Shown in pieces: positions 52,618-62,249 of a stretch of 64,000 bases of DNA (its first letter is position 1; each line of letters begins with the position of its first letter). Below the pieces are notes generated by a model. The model saw only the letters and a program-made list of their open reading frames with translations, searched no databases and had not been told where the DNA came from. The stretch lies in IMG/VR virus record IMGVR_UViG_3300035182_002586, positions 124,001 through 188,000 of that record. The stretch is one strand, 5' to 3'. The translations under genes were made by a program, and so were the position numbers.

Positions 52618-53157
52618 ATGTGCACACGGAACACGCTCTTGCTCACGCCCTGGATGGCCCCCCACAGGATCGTCGATTGGTACACGGCGATCTGCATGCA
52701 GATCCTCGGGAAGATCGACATCCTGGAGATCTACGACGAGACCGTCAGCTCCCCTTCGACGACGATGAACGTCCCGGCCGTCGCACGGTTGAAGAAGCCC
52801 GTCTCGGTCAACAAGAAGGGCGTGAAGTTCAGCCGCATCAACGTGCTGACGCGTGACGGCTTCCAGTGCTGCTACTGCGGTACGGCGAAGCCAATGCGGG
52901 AGCTGAACTACGACCACGTAGTTCCGAGGCACAAGGGCGGCAAGACCGTGTGGGAGAACATCGTGACCTCCTGCTACCCGTGCAACGCCAGAAAGGCGAA
53001 CAAGACGCCGGAGCAGGCGGGCATGAAGCTCCTCAAGAAGCCCTACCGGCCAAAGACCCTCCCGATGAACACGCCCCTCATAGGGATGCGTGATCTCCCC
53101 GAGGAGTGGAGGCCGTACGTCCGCTCGGAGGACGTGAACATCCACGCAGTGGGGTAG
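52618..53157 (+). CDS. HNH endonuclease (McrA-like)
   Basis: SRINVLTRD..CCYCG...DHVVPR.KGG...WENIVTSC..CN..K. Confidence 0.9.
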   Translation: MCTRNTLLLTPWMAPHRIVDWYTAICMQILGKIDILEIYDETVSSPSTTMNVPAVARLKKPVSVNKKGVKFSRINVLTRDGFQCCYCGTAKPMRELNYDHVVPRHKGGKTVWENIVTSCYPCNARKANKTPEQAGMKLLKKPYRPKTLPMNTPLIGMRDLPEEWRPYVRSEDVNIHAVG

Positions 53158-53168
53158 TCACCCCGACC

Positions 53169-53213
53169 ACAGAAACGGGGCTCTTCTCACGGAAGAGCCC
53201 CGTTTCTGTTTTT
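53169..53213 (+). terminator. intrinsic terminator
   Basis: cagaaacggggctctt/aagagccccgtttctg stem followed by a T run. Confidence 0.8.
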
Positions 53214-53269
53214 GCTGTCAGATCAGCGGCTTGCCGAAGATCTCTTCATCCTCGGTGTAGATCCAGAGC

Positions 53270-53695
53270 ATGGACGCGATGTCGTGGAGGCGCCTGGAGA
53301 AGCTGACGATCAAGCTCTGCAAGGAGGTCTTGATCGACCCTACTTCGGCCACGGTTCTCACGCTTCTGTCGGAGGCGAACGCTTGCGATTCTCGGTTCTA
53401 CCTGTGGGTGTGGCTCCTGCCCGACGGCCATGGGCGTCTCTGTCTGCGGGCCTCGACCCCCCGCCTCCCCGCCCTCAACACGACCAAGTACTGCGACCTC
53501 GTGGAGGTTGTGCGGGACGGCTGCGTGACGGTGATCAAGGATCGAGACGAGACGGGCGGGTCGAGCTTTGCCGCCCACGAGGACATCCCCCTCGTCTACG
53601 AAGAGGCCCCCACCCTGTGGGCTCGACTGGCTCTTGAGGTCGGAGTCCCGGACGACCGACGCTCTCTCGCCGACATCCTCGAACTCGCGGTGTAA
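53270..53695 (+). CDS. hypothetical protein
   Basis: GGTGTA 10 nt upstream. Confidence 0.6.
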   Translation: MDAMSWRRLEKLTIKLCKEVLIDPTSATVLTLLSEANACDSRFYLWVWLLPDGHGRLCLRASTPRLPALNTTKYCDLVEVVRDGCVTVIKDRDETGGSSFAAHEDIPLVYEEAPTLWARLALEVGVPDDRRSLADILELAV

Positions 53696-53706
53696 CGGGC
53701 AGCGGC

Positions 53707-53976
53707 ATGACGCCGCAGCAAGTTCTGGACGCTCTCGACCGATACGAAGCCAAGTGCACGCCTATTGCCGGGCAGCCTGAGAGGTTCACCTCCAAGGGCT
53801 TGCTCCCGCGGCGTCACCAGGCCGTCGCGCACGTCCTTTGGATGTGCGGGAGCATCCGCGAGCTGCTCAACGAGGGACGCATCGAGAAGTCCATGCGCTG
53901 GCTCGGGTTCGTGCAGGCCGTTCTCTGGTGCTTCGGGCTCGCCACCATCGACGAGCTGAAGGACGACAACCGCTAG
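53707..53976 (+). CDS. hypothetical phage protein
   Basis: HVLWMC...KSMRWLGFVQAVLW...TIDELKDDN. Confidence 0.7.
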   Translation: MTPQQVLDALDRYEAKCTPIAGQPERFTSKGLLPRRHQAVAHVLWMCGSIRELLNEGRIEKSMRWLGFVQAVLWCFGLATIDELKDDNR

Positions 53977-54221
53977 CTCGGACAGCGCCCGTTCGCCTTC
54001 GCGTGACCTGCGATGCGCATCCAACGACGGAACTTCGCGTGGATGTCCTTCGTGACGCCCGTGACGCCGCCACACCACTTGCAGGGCACGAGACGGTAGC
54101 TCCGGGTGCCCTCCAGCATGACCTTGCCGTTCCCTTTGCACGCGGGGCACGTGACAAGGGTGTCCCGCTCAGAGGATTCCTCTTCTCGCCACTGCTTCAT
54201 GCGTTGCTGGGAGTCCGCCAT
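53973..54221 (-). CDS. small DnaJ-type zinc-finger protein
   Basis: CPACKGNG...CKWCGG. Confidence 0.6.
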   Translation of the reverse strand: MADSQQRMKQWREEESSERDTLVTCPACKGNGKVMLEGTRSYRLVPCKWCGGVTGVTKDIHAKFRRWMRIAGHAKANGRCPS

Positions 54222-54252
54222 GCTACTCTGGCGAACATACAAGTAGGAAGTC

Positions 54253-54705
54253 ATGGACACAGCCCTGCCGTACGAAGCTCTCCAGCTCCGCTACCACCCG
54301 GATCCGATCCTCCGTGCTGCGTGCGAGACTGTCACTTCCGTAGACGAAGGAATCCGCGAGCTTGCACGCGAGATGCTGGCGTCCTTGCCGCGCTTTCATG
54401 GGTGCGGGTTAGCGGCCCCGCAGATCGGCCGGGCCCTCCAGTTGTTCGTCGTCAACGTCGGGGGCGAGCGCGTCTTCATCAACCCTCGGATCGTCTCCGC
54501 GAGTGACGTTCGTGTGGAGCGTCTCGAAGGCTGTCTCTCGTTCCCGGACCTGCGGACCGCAGTGTCCCGCCCCTCCTCCGTCGTCATCGAGGCCATCGGG
54601 CTCGACGGCAACCCGTTCACCATCGAAGCACGAGGGTTCAGGGCCGTCGCCGTCCAGCACGAGTACGACCACTTGCAGGGGATCCTCATGATCGACCCGC
54701 ACTAG
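54253..54705 (+). CDS. def: peptide deformylase
   Basis: GCGLAAPQIG, EGCLSFP, QHEYDHLQG. Confidence 0.95.
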   Translation: MDTALPYEALQLRYHPDPILRAACETVTSVDEGIRELAREMLASLPRFHGCGLAAPQIGRALQLFVVNVGGERVFINPRIVSASDVRVERLEGCLSFPDLRTAVSRPSSVVIEAIGLDGNPFTIEARGFRAVAVQHEYDHLQGILMIDPH

Positions 54706-54722
54706 TTGGTGTACGGGAGGGC

Positions 54723-55016
54723 ATGGCCAAGCAAGTTCTCCTGTGCTCCACGATCGGCGAAGCGGGTGACGAAGTGGAGCGTGCTCTCGTAGTCGCGAGG
54801 AACGAGAAGCGTGGGGTGACGATCACCTGCCTCCCCGATGCCACTTCCGAGAGCTGGCTCGTCGAGATCGACCGCTACCGCTCGTGGGACAACGTGTCGA
54901 AGGCCGTGAAGAAGGCGATCGCCACCTTCGAGAAGGTCTCGTTCCGCACGATCCGTCTGATGGTGGCGGAGATGGAGGCGGTGAAGCAGGCCCTCACCGA
55001 GTTCGAGCGCGACTAG
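54723..55016 (+). CDS. hypothetical protein
   Basis: GGTGTA 9 nt upstream. Confidence 0.65.
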   Translation: MAKQVLLCSTIGEAGDEVERALVVARNEKRGVTITCLPDATSESWLVEIDRYRSWDNVSKAVKKAIATFEKVSFRTIRLMVAEMEAVKQALTEFERD

Positions 55017-55468
55017 AGGATCCCCTCGCTCCGAAGGATCTCGCTCACGTACTGGATGCCCACGTCGTAGGCACTGTAGAAGTTGCCCGCTTCCCGCTCG
55101 CTGATGTTGCGGACGGTGCCTCCCTCGAAGACGTGGAGGTGTTCGTACACGTCTTGCGCCGACGTGAAGCCGAGGCAGTCGATCGCAGGGCTATCGACCG
55201 TGGTGAGCCACCACTGTCCGCCGAGATCCGCGATGTGGTCGAGCCACTGGTGGATCAGCCCACGACGGGCCCCAACCCCGAAGCTGATGGGGAGCAACCG
55301 GGACGCGAGAAGGTCCCTACCCTTCGCGTAGAGGAAGTCGTCCATCAGCCCATGCGCCTGGATCACCGCGTGCGGGTTCCGGCACAGGATGAGGTTCACG
55401 TGTGGTCCGAAGACCGTGGGTCCCATCTTGGGTACCATCTCGGGCTTGGGTTTGGGCTTGTCGGTCAC
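55013..55468 (-). CDS. hypothetical protein
   Basis: ORF; codon bias. Confidence 0.65.
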   Translation of the reverse strand: MTDKPKPKPEMVPKMGPTVFGPHVNLILCRNPHAVIQAHGLMDDFLYAKGRDLLASRLLPISFGVGARRGLIHQWLDHIADLGGQWWLTTVDSPAIDCLGFTSAQDVYEHLHVFEGGTVRNISEREAGNFYSAYDVGIQYVSEILRSEGIL

Positions 55469-55477
55469 GGGACTGCC

Positions 55478-55729
55478 TCAGGAGAGAGGTTTCGAGTTGG
55501 TGAGGAGCTGCACGGAGAACTCCGGCCCGAGAACGGCCCGCAGCTTGATGGCGTTTGCCTCCGAGGCGAGGACCTCGATGCTGACGGGCGTGCCGGAGCA
55601 CTGCACCCTCGGGCCCCGGGGGCGAACTACGATTCCGGGTACGTCGGCGATCGTTCGGGGCCAGCTCGGCTTCACGCTGTGTCTTGCGTCCCTGTGGACG
55701 CCCACGAGCCACTCGCGGATGGTACTCAT
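55478..55729 (-). CDS. hypothetical protein
   Basis: GGTGTA 11 nt upstream. Confidence 0.6.
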   Translation of the reverse strand: MSTIREWLVGVHRDARHSVKPSWPRTIADVPGIVVRPRGPRVQCSGTPVSIEVLASEANAIKLRAVLGPEFSVQLLTNSKPLS

Positions 55730-56310
55730 ACCCTTGCTTCTACACCATGCGTGATCGCATCCGAGCCGTGCTACTCGACATCCTTCGGGAGCGGCACCCC
55801 ATCGGCATCCCCGAGAGCGCCCTCATCAGGCTTTGCCCCAAATTAGCGGCCGGGGCCCGCAATCTGAGGCGGCCGTCGGCATTCAGGATCGTGCCAGCGC
55901 CGCAGCGCGGCGGACGTAGATCGTCCGGAATCGGCTACGTCGAGCAGTTGCCAACCGGGATGGGAAAGCCGATGTCGAGCACGGTCTCGTGGACCACGAC
56001 TTCTCTATCGTTCGACAGGTGCGGTAGGAGCTGTAGGTGCAGCCCTTCGAGGTGGCGGCCGGCGCGTGCCGTGAGTTGGGCGTGTATCTCCCCGGCATGA
56101 TCTCGCACGAAGACCTCGACGCTCTGCGCAAGGTCGAGCAGCCGGTCGGCGCGAGACACCACCCGACTTGAGACGCCAGCCGTCGACGACCCACCCCCGG
56201 CGAGAAGTAGACCGTTCCGTCATCCGCGTAGAATGGGAGCACCAGGCGCGTTCAAGCGTTGTAGGTCCATGTGAGTCACGACGGGAGTTTCGCCAGCCCC
56301 GTTCAGCAGT

Positions 56311-56664
56311 CTACGGGTCGACTAGGCTGCCTTGGTTGAGTGCGACCACTTCGACGAGCTTCCCCTTCTCGGTGCGGCCGTAGATCTTCACGAGCTGACG
56401 CTGGTTGCACGCATCCTCGAACGGGCCGTCGTTCACGATGAAGTCCATGACCGCCGGGGTGACACCGAGCTGGTGGGCCTTGTTGTCGAGGCCGCCTCGG
56501 GCGAACCAGAGGGCGTCTTTCGTGACCGAGTGCAGCAGCCCGATCTCCACGAAGCCCTTGTGCTTGAGCGTCACGAAGGTGCCGATCTGCGAACGGTGCT
56601 CGAACTTGGGGAAGTCCTTCGTGAGCGCCGTCACGTCTTCCTTCGTCCGATAGTAGCGGTTCAT
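56311..56664 (-). CDS. hypothetical protein
   Basis: ggagg RBS before MNRYYR. Confidence 0.65.
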   Translation of the reverse strand: MNRYYRTKEDVTALTKDFPKFEHRSQIGTFVTLKHKGFVEIGLLHSVTKDALWFARGGLDNKAHQLGVTPAVMDFIVNDGPFEDACNQRQLVKIYGRTEKGKLVEVVALNQGSLVDP

Positions 56665-56754
56665 CGTCTCGCGCCTCCCACGTCGAGGGCATCGCTCTGA
56701 ACGCAGCGCGCGGCAACGGACTTCCGGTGTACCGCGACTTCGGAGGTGATCGAG

Positions 56755-56970
56755 ATGGAGTTCGCGAAGGGCGAGACGGTGACGTTGAAGTCGGGCGGGC
56801 CGACGATGACGGTGAGCGATCCGAAGATGGAGATCGGCGGGCTCGTCGAGGTGGTCTGGTTCTCGAAGGCGGGCTTTCTTCGACGGGAGACGTTCGACGA
56901 GGCGCTGCTCGCCGCAGTCCTCCCGCGCCCGGTACCGGAAGACAAGGCCGCCGTGGCGCGCAAGCTCTGA
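56755..56970 (+). CDS. YodC/DUF2158-like protein
   Basis: F.KGETVTLKSGGPTMTV...VWF. Confidence 0.8.
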   Translation: MEFAKGETVTLKSGGPTMTVSDPKMEIGGLVEVVWFSKAGFLRRETFDEALLAAVLPRPVPEDKAAVARKL

Positions 56971-56981
56971 CGAATCGAGCC

Positions 56982-57281
56982 TCACTCGTCCCCTGCGAGC
57001 CGGATGGGTTCACCGTCGGGCCCACGGCCGCAGTGGGGGCACGTGCCCGGCGAAGGGAACCGCCCCGAAGTCACGTCCTCGACCGTCACGGCCCCGAGTC
57101 GGGCGATCTTGAACGCCAACATCGGCGTCACCGTCCGGCCGTTCGCCACGTTCGTGAGCGACCTCTCTTTCATCCGCAGCACCTTCGAGAGGGTCTTCCA
57201 CGTGCCGAGCCGGTGCCGCAGGAAGGCCAGCGCCGCACGCACGTGCTTCTGCTCTTCCGGCGTGAGGTCGAAGTTGATCAC
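56982..57281 (-). CDS. HTH transcriptional regulator with C-terminal CPHC
   Basis: LTPEEQKHVRAALAFLR...WKTLSKVL; coupled to the transposase stop. Confidence 0.7.
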   Translation of the reverse strand: MINFDLTPEEQKHVRAALAFLRHRLGTWKTLSKVLRMKERSLTNVANGRTVTPMLAFKIARLGAVTVEDVTSGRFPSPGTCPHCGRGPDGEPIRLAGDE

Positions 57282-58537
57282 GAGAGACCCCCATTCGACG
57301 CCATCGGGAAGTGCGGCTCGAAGTTCATCTTGTACATCGCGTGCACGAGCTGGATGACGTTGTGCACAACGGCCGCTGCGAGCGCCTCGTTCACCTGCGC
57401 GTCTGCCGACCTTGAACGGAGCGTGTCGGTCACGACGCGCTTGAACGAGCTGAATGTCGCCTCGACGTTTTGCCGCTTGCCGTACTTCGACAGGAAGGCC
57501 GGGCGGTTGAACTGGAAGTAGTGGTACGCCTGCCGGTAGCTCTCCGGCGCGTCCGCGCCGTAGCCACGACCAATCGGGAACGGGACCAAGGGCTCGGCGC
57601 CGAGGTCCACGACGCACTGGATGTTCTCGTGCGACGCGTACGCCGCGTCAGCCGAGATGCGCGCGGGCTTGAAGCCGTTCTTGACGGTCTGCTCAACGAG
57701 GGGCTTGAACTCGGGCGCATCGCCGCTGCTCCCGTGCTTCACGACGACCGACGTGATCACGTGGCTCGTCGTGTCCACGATGGCGTGGAGCTTCACCCAC
57801 CCGTGTTGCTTCGGCACCGGCACGCCGTACTTCTCGTTCCGATAGCCCGGCGCGTAGGTCCGGAGCGAGATCCCCGTCGAGTCCACGGCGAAGTCCGTCT
57901 GTCCGCCGAGTCCCACGAGCGGCATCGCGGCCCGCTGCACGAGTGAGACGAGGATCGGCGTGAGCGCCGGGTTCTCCATGTACCGGAACACGCTGTTGTA
58001 CGACGGTACCTTGTCGAGCAGGCCCTTCGACCCGAGGTCGCGCATCTCGCTCATCGAGCGACGCCCGCTCCAGCCGATGTAAACCTTCGCCATCGCCGAC
58101 ATGAGCACGTCGGCAATCGGGAGCGGCTTCCGGCCGGGCCCCGGCTTGCGCGGAAGCTCGGGTACGGTCGAGACCAGCTCACGGAGAAGAGCAACGACCT
58201 TCTCTTTCTCGTTGACCTGCGCGGCGTTGTAGCTCGTCCAGTCCTGCGTGTAGGTGACGCGCAGGCGATCCGCCATCGGCGTGCCATCGGGCGTGATCTG
58301 CGCGCGCACGATCTCGACGGCGACGATGTGCTTGCACGGCATGACCACGCCGCGCTCCGCGAAGTCCGGGCACGTGCACGTCCACGCGCCCTTCTCGTCG
58401 CGCGAGACGAGGTACCGCCCACCGTGCGTCTGCGACGGCACGAGGAAGTTCCCGCCGATGGACGAGACGCGCTTCGTCTTCGCAAGCAGAGCACCACGAA
58501 CCCGGCGAGCCTCGATCTCCGTGTTCAGGTCGATCAT
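57278..58537 (-). mobile_element. DDE transposase (IS4/IS5-like) with N-terminal SWIM zinc finger
   Basis: CTCPD...CKH; AVDSTG, WVKLH, ADAAY, Y.KRQNVEATFS..KR. Confidence 0.88.
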
Positions 58538-58602
58538 GTTTGGTATATTACCAACGAGGTACATACCTGTCAAGGTCACCCCGCGCGGTGTATTATCAGA
58601 GC

Positions 58603-58902
58603 ATGACGCTCGTGAAGATCACCGATTGGGGCTACATCTGCTTGCGGTGTGGGCATCGGTGGGTGCCACGCGGGCTCGTCCTTCCGCCGTTGCCGGAGCA
58701 CCGGAAGTCGGACGTGCAGACGCGGAAGCGCCCCACGGACCCCGAGGACCCCGGCCCGAAGCCGAAGGAACCTGTCGAGGAGCCGCGTGTGTGCCCGAAC
58801 TGCAAGTCGCCGTACTGGAACAAGCCGCGAGCGCAGGACGCCGCAGACGAGGGCGTGGCTTCCGTCGAGGCTCCGAAAGGCAAGCCCCGGCGGAAGCGCT
58901 AG
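58603..58902 (+). CDS. zinc-ribbon protein divergent from the transposase
   Basis: CLRCGHRWVPR...PRVCPNCKSPYWN. Confidence 0.75.
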   Translation: MTLVKITDWGYICLRCGHRWVPRGLVLPPLPEHRKSDVQTRKRPTDPEDPGPKPKEPVEEPRVCPNCKSPYWNKPRAQDAADEGVASVEAPKGKPRRKR

Positions 58903-59178
58903 GCAACGTCAGACCCGAGCCCACCAGCGGCGGAGCCGCAGGCAGACAGGGGCGACGAAGCCCACGCACAAGTGCGCGGATTTCATGCGCATCTCCGTTA
59001 GTTGGAGAAGTGACTTGCGCGAGTCGCCGTTCGGTGTAGTAGAAGGGCTGTCGGACGCGCGGGGCGACCCGCTACGCTATCTCCCGGTGAAGGAAGGCGC
59101 GGCCAACAACAAGGGGCACTCGGCGGCAACCGAGTGCTCTCTGCTTTTTGTCGCCAGCAGAGCGGCGGGGCTCTACGG

Positions 59179-59664
59179 CTACATGGCGGGCGTCACCTCC
59201 GGCAGCTCATGCGAGAGCAGCAGCGGTCCGGCGCGGTAGCCGAGCGTCGAACGCTCGACGACCTTCTCGGCCTTCAAGCCGACGATGTTCGCCTGCTTGA
59301 GCACGCCGGTGAGCACCCCACCGAGCTTGTTCGCGCCGCCCACGGGGTTGAGGCCGAGCGCAGCGACCAACTCGTCGCGCGAGATGTACTTGCTGCCCTG
59401 CGACTTGAGCACGCGGAGCAGGGTGAGCTGGCGGTGGCGTTCGGGGCGCGTGACGTACTCGATCAACTGCTCCCACGGCGACTGCGCGACGGTCGGGGAG
59501 GGCATTGTCGTGGATGCCTCCGAAGTGGTCGAACGCTTCACGAGGCCGCGTCGGGATGCTTCGAGGGCGAGTTCGATGGCGGTGGTGATCGAGTCCGTCG
59601 TGATCGCGATGCCTGCGACCTCGACGACCATCGTGGACGGCATGGCTGTAGTGGACTGACCCAT
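59179..59664 (-). CDS. putative winged-HTH protein
   Basis: LLRVLKS...ISRDELVAALG...LGGVL. Confidence 0.55.
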   Translation of the reverse strand: MGQSTTAMPSTMVVEVAGIAITTDSITTAIELALEASRRGLVKRSTTSEASTTMPSPTVAQSPWEQLIEYVTRPERHRQLTLLRVLKSQGSKYISRDELVAALGLNPVGGANKLGGVLTGVLKQANIVGLKAEKVVERSTLGYRAGPLLLSHELPEVTPAM

Positions 59665-59877
59665 GAGGCGGCTCGGGTTAGCACCCGTCCGTCATGCTGC
59701 CCAGCACATTTCGCCAACGATTTCCGCGACTTGAGGGTCGCATAAGACCCTCAAGATGCAGGCAGTTGATTCGATTGGCGATTCGGTCGGGCCCCTCTCC
59801 GAAAAATCGACACACAGGGCGTGTTGACCTCCGATCCAGCCTCTTTCAAGCCTGATCGTGAAAGGGCCCGTAGAGGG

Positions 59878-60144
59878 TCACTCCGACTTGAGGGACTCGC
59901 TGCCCGCCTTTCGTGGCACGAGATCGATCACCACGTCGGCGCCGAGCGCGTTGGCGATCTTCACGAGCGTCTCGATCCCGATGTTGAGCTGGCCCTTCTC
60001 GTACTTGCGGATGTTCGCCCGGTCGATCTTGGTCAGGTGCTCCACGTCGGCCTGTGAGAGCCCACGTGCCTTGCGTGCAGCAAGGAGCTTCTGACCGATG
60101 ACGAGCGCGTACGCGGCGACGGGTTCTTCGAGAGGCTTGGCCAC
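59878..60144 (-). CDS. XRE-family HTH regulator
   Basis: ARKARGLSQADV...IRKYEKGQ.N...TLVKIANALG. Confidence 0.85.
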   Translation of the reverse strand: MAKPLEEPVAAYALVIGQKLLAARKARGLSQADVEHLTKIDRANIRKYEKGQLNIGIETLVKIANALGADVVIDLVPRKAGSESLKSE

Positions 60145-60226
60145 CCGTCGCAGTGCGCCGGCTTGCCACCCGACCACGGAAGGGGCGATATATGCCCCGG
60201 GGCGTTTGTGACCCCTGGAGGCGTCG

Positions 60227-61069
60227 ATGAAGAAGGTGCTCGTCGTGGCGCTCGTGGTGGCTGCGCTGCTCGGCTGCAAGGGGAAGAGCGGCGGCGGGGA
60301 CGACCCGAAGGACGAAGCGAAGCCCTCCGGCCCGGCGAAGGCGAATCCTCCGAAGCAGCCCGCAAGCTCGCTCGGGATGACGACCAAGCAGTTCAGAGAG
60401 CGGTGGAACGCTCAGGTCGAGAAGCTGACGGAGGGCAACCTCGCGAACATGAAGCTGCCGGAGCCCCGCTACTCGAAGCCCAACGAGTGGTCAGCGACCC
60501 TCGATGGCGTCGTGGTGGCCGTGCGGGAGGTACCAGAGACGAAAGAGCTTCGGAGGGTCGCGCTCGTGCAAGACAAGGAGGGGAGCCCGTTGGGGATGGC
60601 ACTTGCGAGCAACATCCTCGTCGAGGTGATCAAGCCCGGCACGCCCTTCCAAGAAGTCACGAAAGACCTCGGGATGGTGAAGGGTACGGTGGTCTCCACG
60701 ACGAGAGGGGACGTGCGCTTCACGTTCGCCCAAACGGCGGAGACGAACGACGACGAGATGATCGTCGCGACTCTTGTTGCCGATCCTCCCCCTGCCTCCG
60801 CCCCGGCTCAGGCAACGGCGGCCGTGACCGCGCCGCCTCCCCCTGTTGAGGCACCAGGGCCGTCTGTGGCGGACCTCAGGAAGAAGGTCAGGTTCGAGGA
60901 AGCTGGCGAACACGAGGATGACTCGTGCACGGCGATGGGGGCGCCCGGGTACGCTCTGCGCTTCAAAGGTGGGACGTACGACGAGATGAACTCGGTAGCG
61001 AGCGCGATGCACTGCACGCCCCGGTACAACTCGGGGGTGAACCGGGTCTTCTGCTGCCCCCCGAAGTAG
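60227..61069 (+). CDS. lipoprotein
   Basis: MKK...LLGC lipobox; ggagg RBS. Confidence 0.78.
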   Translation: MKKVLVVALVVAALLGCKGKSGGGDDPKDEAKPSGPAKANPPKQPASSLGMTTKQFRERWNAQVEKLTEGNLANMKLPEPRYSKPNEWSATLDGVVVAVREVPETKELRRVALVQDKEGSPLGMALASNILVEVIKPGTPFQEVTKDLGMVKGTVVSTTRGDVRFTFAQTAETNDDEMIVATLVADPPPASAPAQATAAVTAPPPPVEAPGPSVADLRKKVRFEEAGEHEDDSCTAMGAPGYALRFKGGTYDEMNSVASAMHCTPRYNSGVNRVFCCPPK

Positions 61070-61145
61070 AGCGGGCTGGACATCGGCTCAGTACATGGCA
61101 GACCTTCGAGCACGGACGCAGTGCGCCGTGGAACGGAGGTTCTTG

Positions 61146-61397
61146 ATGTCGAAGAACGAGAAGCACACGAGTCCCAGCGTTGCAACGGTTGCGTCCGAGG
61201 TCCTGCGGGATCAGAACGCAAGCGAGATCGCTCGATCACTCGCCGCGTCCGCGCTTGCGCAGGTCCAAAAGGGCTCCGAGACGAGCCCCGAGATGGCCGC
61301 CCGAGCCGCTCGGGCCCTCGAAGACGGAAGGTCGAGCGAGACGACCAAGCGGATCGCCGCTACCGTCGTCAGCCAGGCTCACGGCAAGCGCAAGTAG
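61146..61397 (+). CDS. small protein with duplicated TSP..A..A...L.D..S repeat
   Basis: ggagg RBS; internal repeat. Confidence 0.7.
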   Translation: MSKNEKHTSPSVATVASEVLRDQNASEIARSLAASALAQVQKGSETSPEMAARAARALEDGRSSETTKRIAATVVSQAHGKRK

Positions 61398-61558
61398 AAC
61401 CACCACCAGCCTTCGGTGTTCGCCAACAGCATCGAGTGGCCGGGGAACATCGAAGGCCGCCGAGGGGATCGACGGCCTTCTGCTTGTCCGTGGCGACGAG
61501 CGCAACAGCGCAAGGCCACGTTTGAGAAGCTGTCGCCCCTATGCGCAGACCCGGTTGC

Positions 61559-61765
61559 CTACCCAGCCTCGGTGACGGAGACCGTCTCCCCCAGCTTCGA
61601 CGAGAGGTGCCGTTCAACTTCCGCGACCTCGGTGAAATGGATCCCCTGATCGACGAGATGCGTCACGTCGAGTCTAGCCTCGACCAGCTCGATGATCTGG
61701 AACGTCCCACCAGCACCAGCTCGCGTTGAGGTTTCCCTGTCCACGTACACGTTGAACTCACGCAT
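61559..61765 (-). CDS. hypothetical protein
   Basis: ggaggga RBS before MREFNV. Confidence 0.55.
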   Translation of the reverse strand: MREFNVYVDRETSTRAGAGGTFQIIELVEARLDVTHLVDQGIHFTEVAEVERHLSSKLGETVSVTEAG

Positions 61766-61960
61766 GACCGTCTCCCTCCGGGGCGTTGGTTCGCCCCGAG
61801 GCAGGAATGCCGCGCGGTCTCCAACAGTACGCGCGAGTTCTGTCCGCATCGGAAGGCGCGGCTAGTGGAGGTCGGACCATGCCGATCGGCCGCAGCTTCC
61901 TTGCCCGAACTCATTGGGCCGGTATACGCGTGGCGAGCGCTGTTATCGCGCGGCGTTTGT

Positions 61961-62224
61961 ATGGTGCACCTCGTCCAGCTAAAGGCGCCGCCCGTCGTGC
62001 TCGGGAACATCGTCACGGCGCTGCGGAACGCGTCGATGGGGTTCTACACGCTTCAAGAAGGCGTCTACCTCGTCGTGACGAACACCGACTGCGCGGCGCT
62101 ACGAGACTGGCTCGGCGTTCTCGGCGGCACCGTGGTCCTTGTCACGCGGCTGACAGGTGCATGGGCAACGCGCGGGGACGCGGCCCTCACGCAGTGGATT
62201 CAGTCGGCTGGGCCGTACTTCTAA
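61961..62224 (+). CDS. small alpha/beta protein (ferredoxin-fold-like)
   Basis: 87-aa ORF; fold assignment tentative. Confidence 0.5.
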   Translation: MVHLVQLKAPPVVLGNIVTALRNASMGFYTLQEGVYLVVTNTDCAALRDWLGVLGGTVVLVTRLTGAWATRGDAALTQWIQSAGPYF

Positions 62225-62249
62225 GGTCGTGTAGCCTGTCGTCGTCTCC

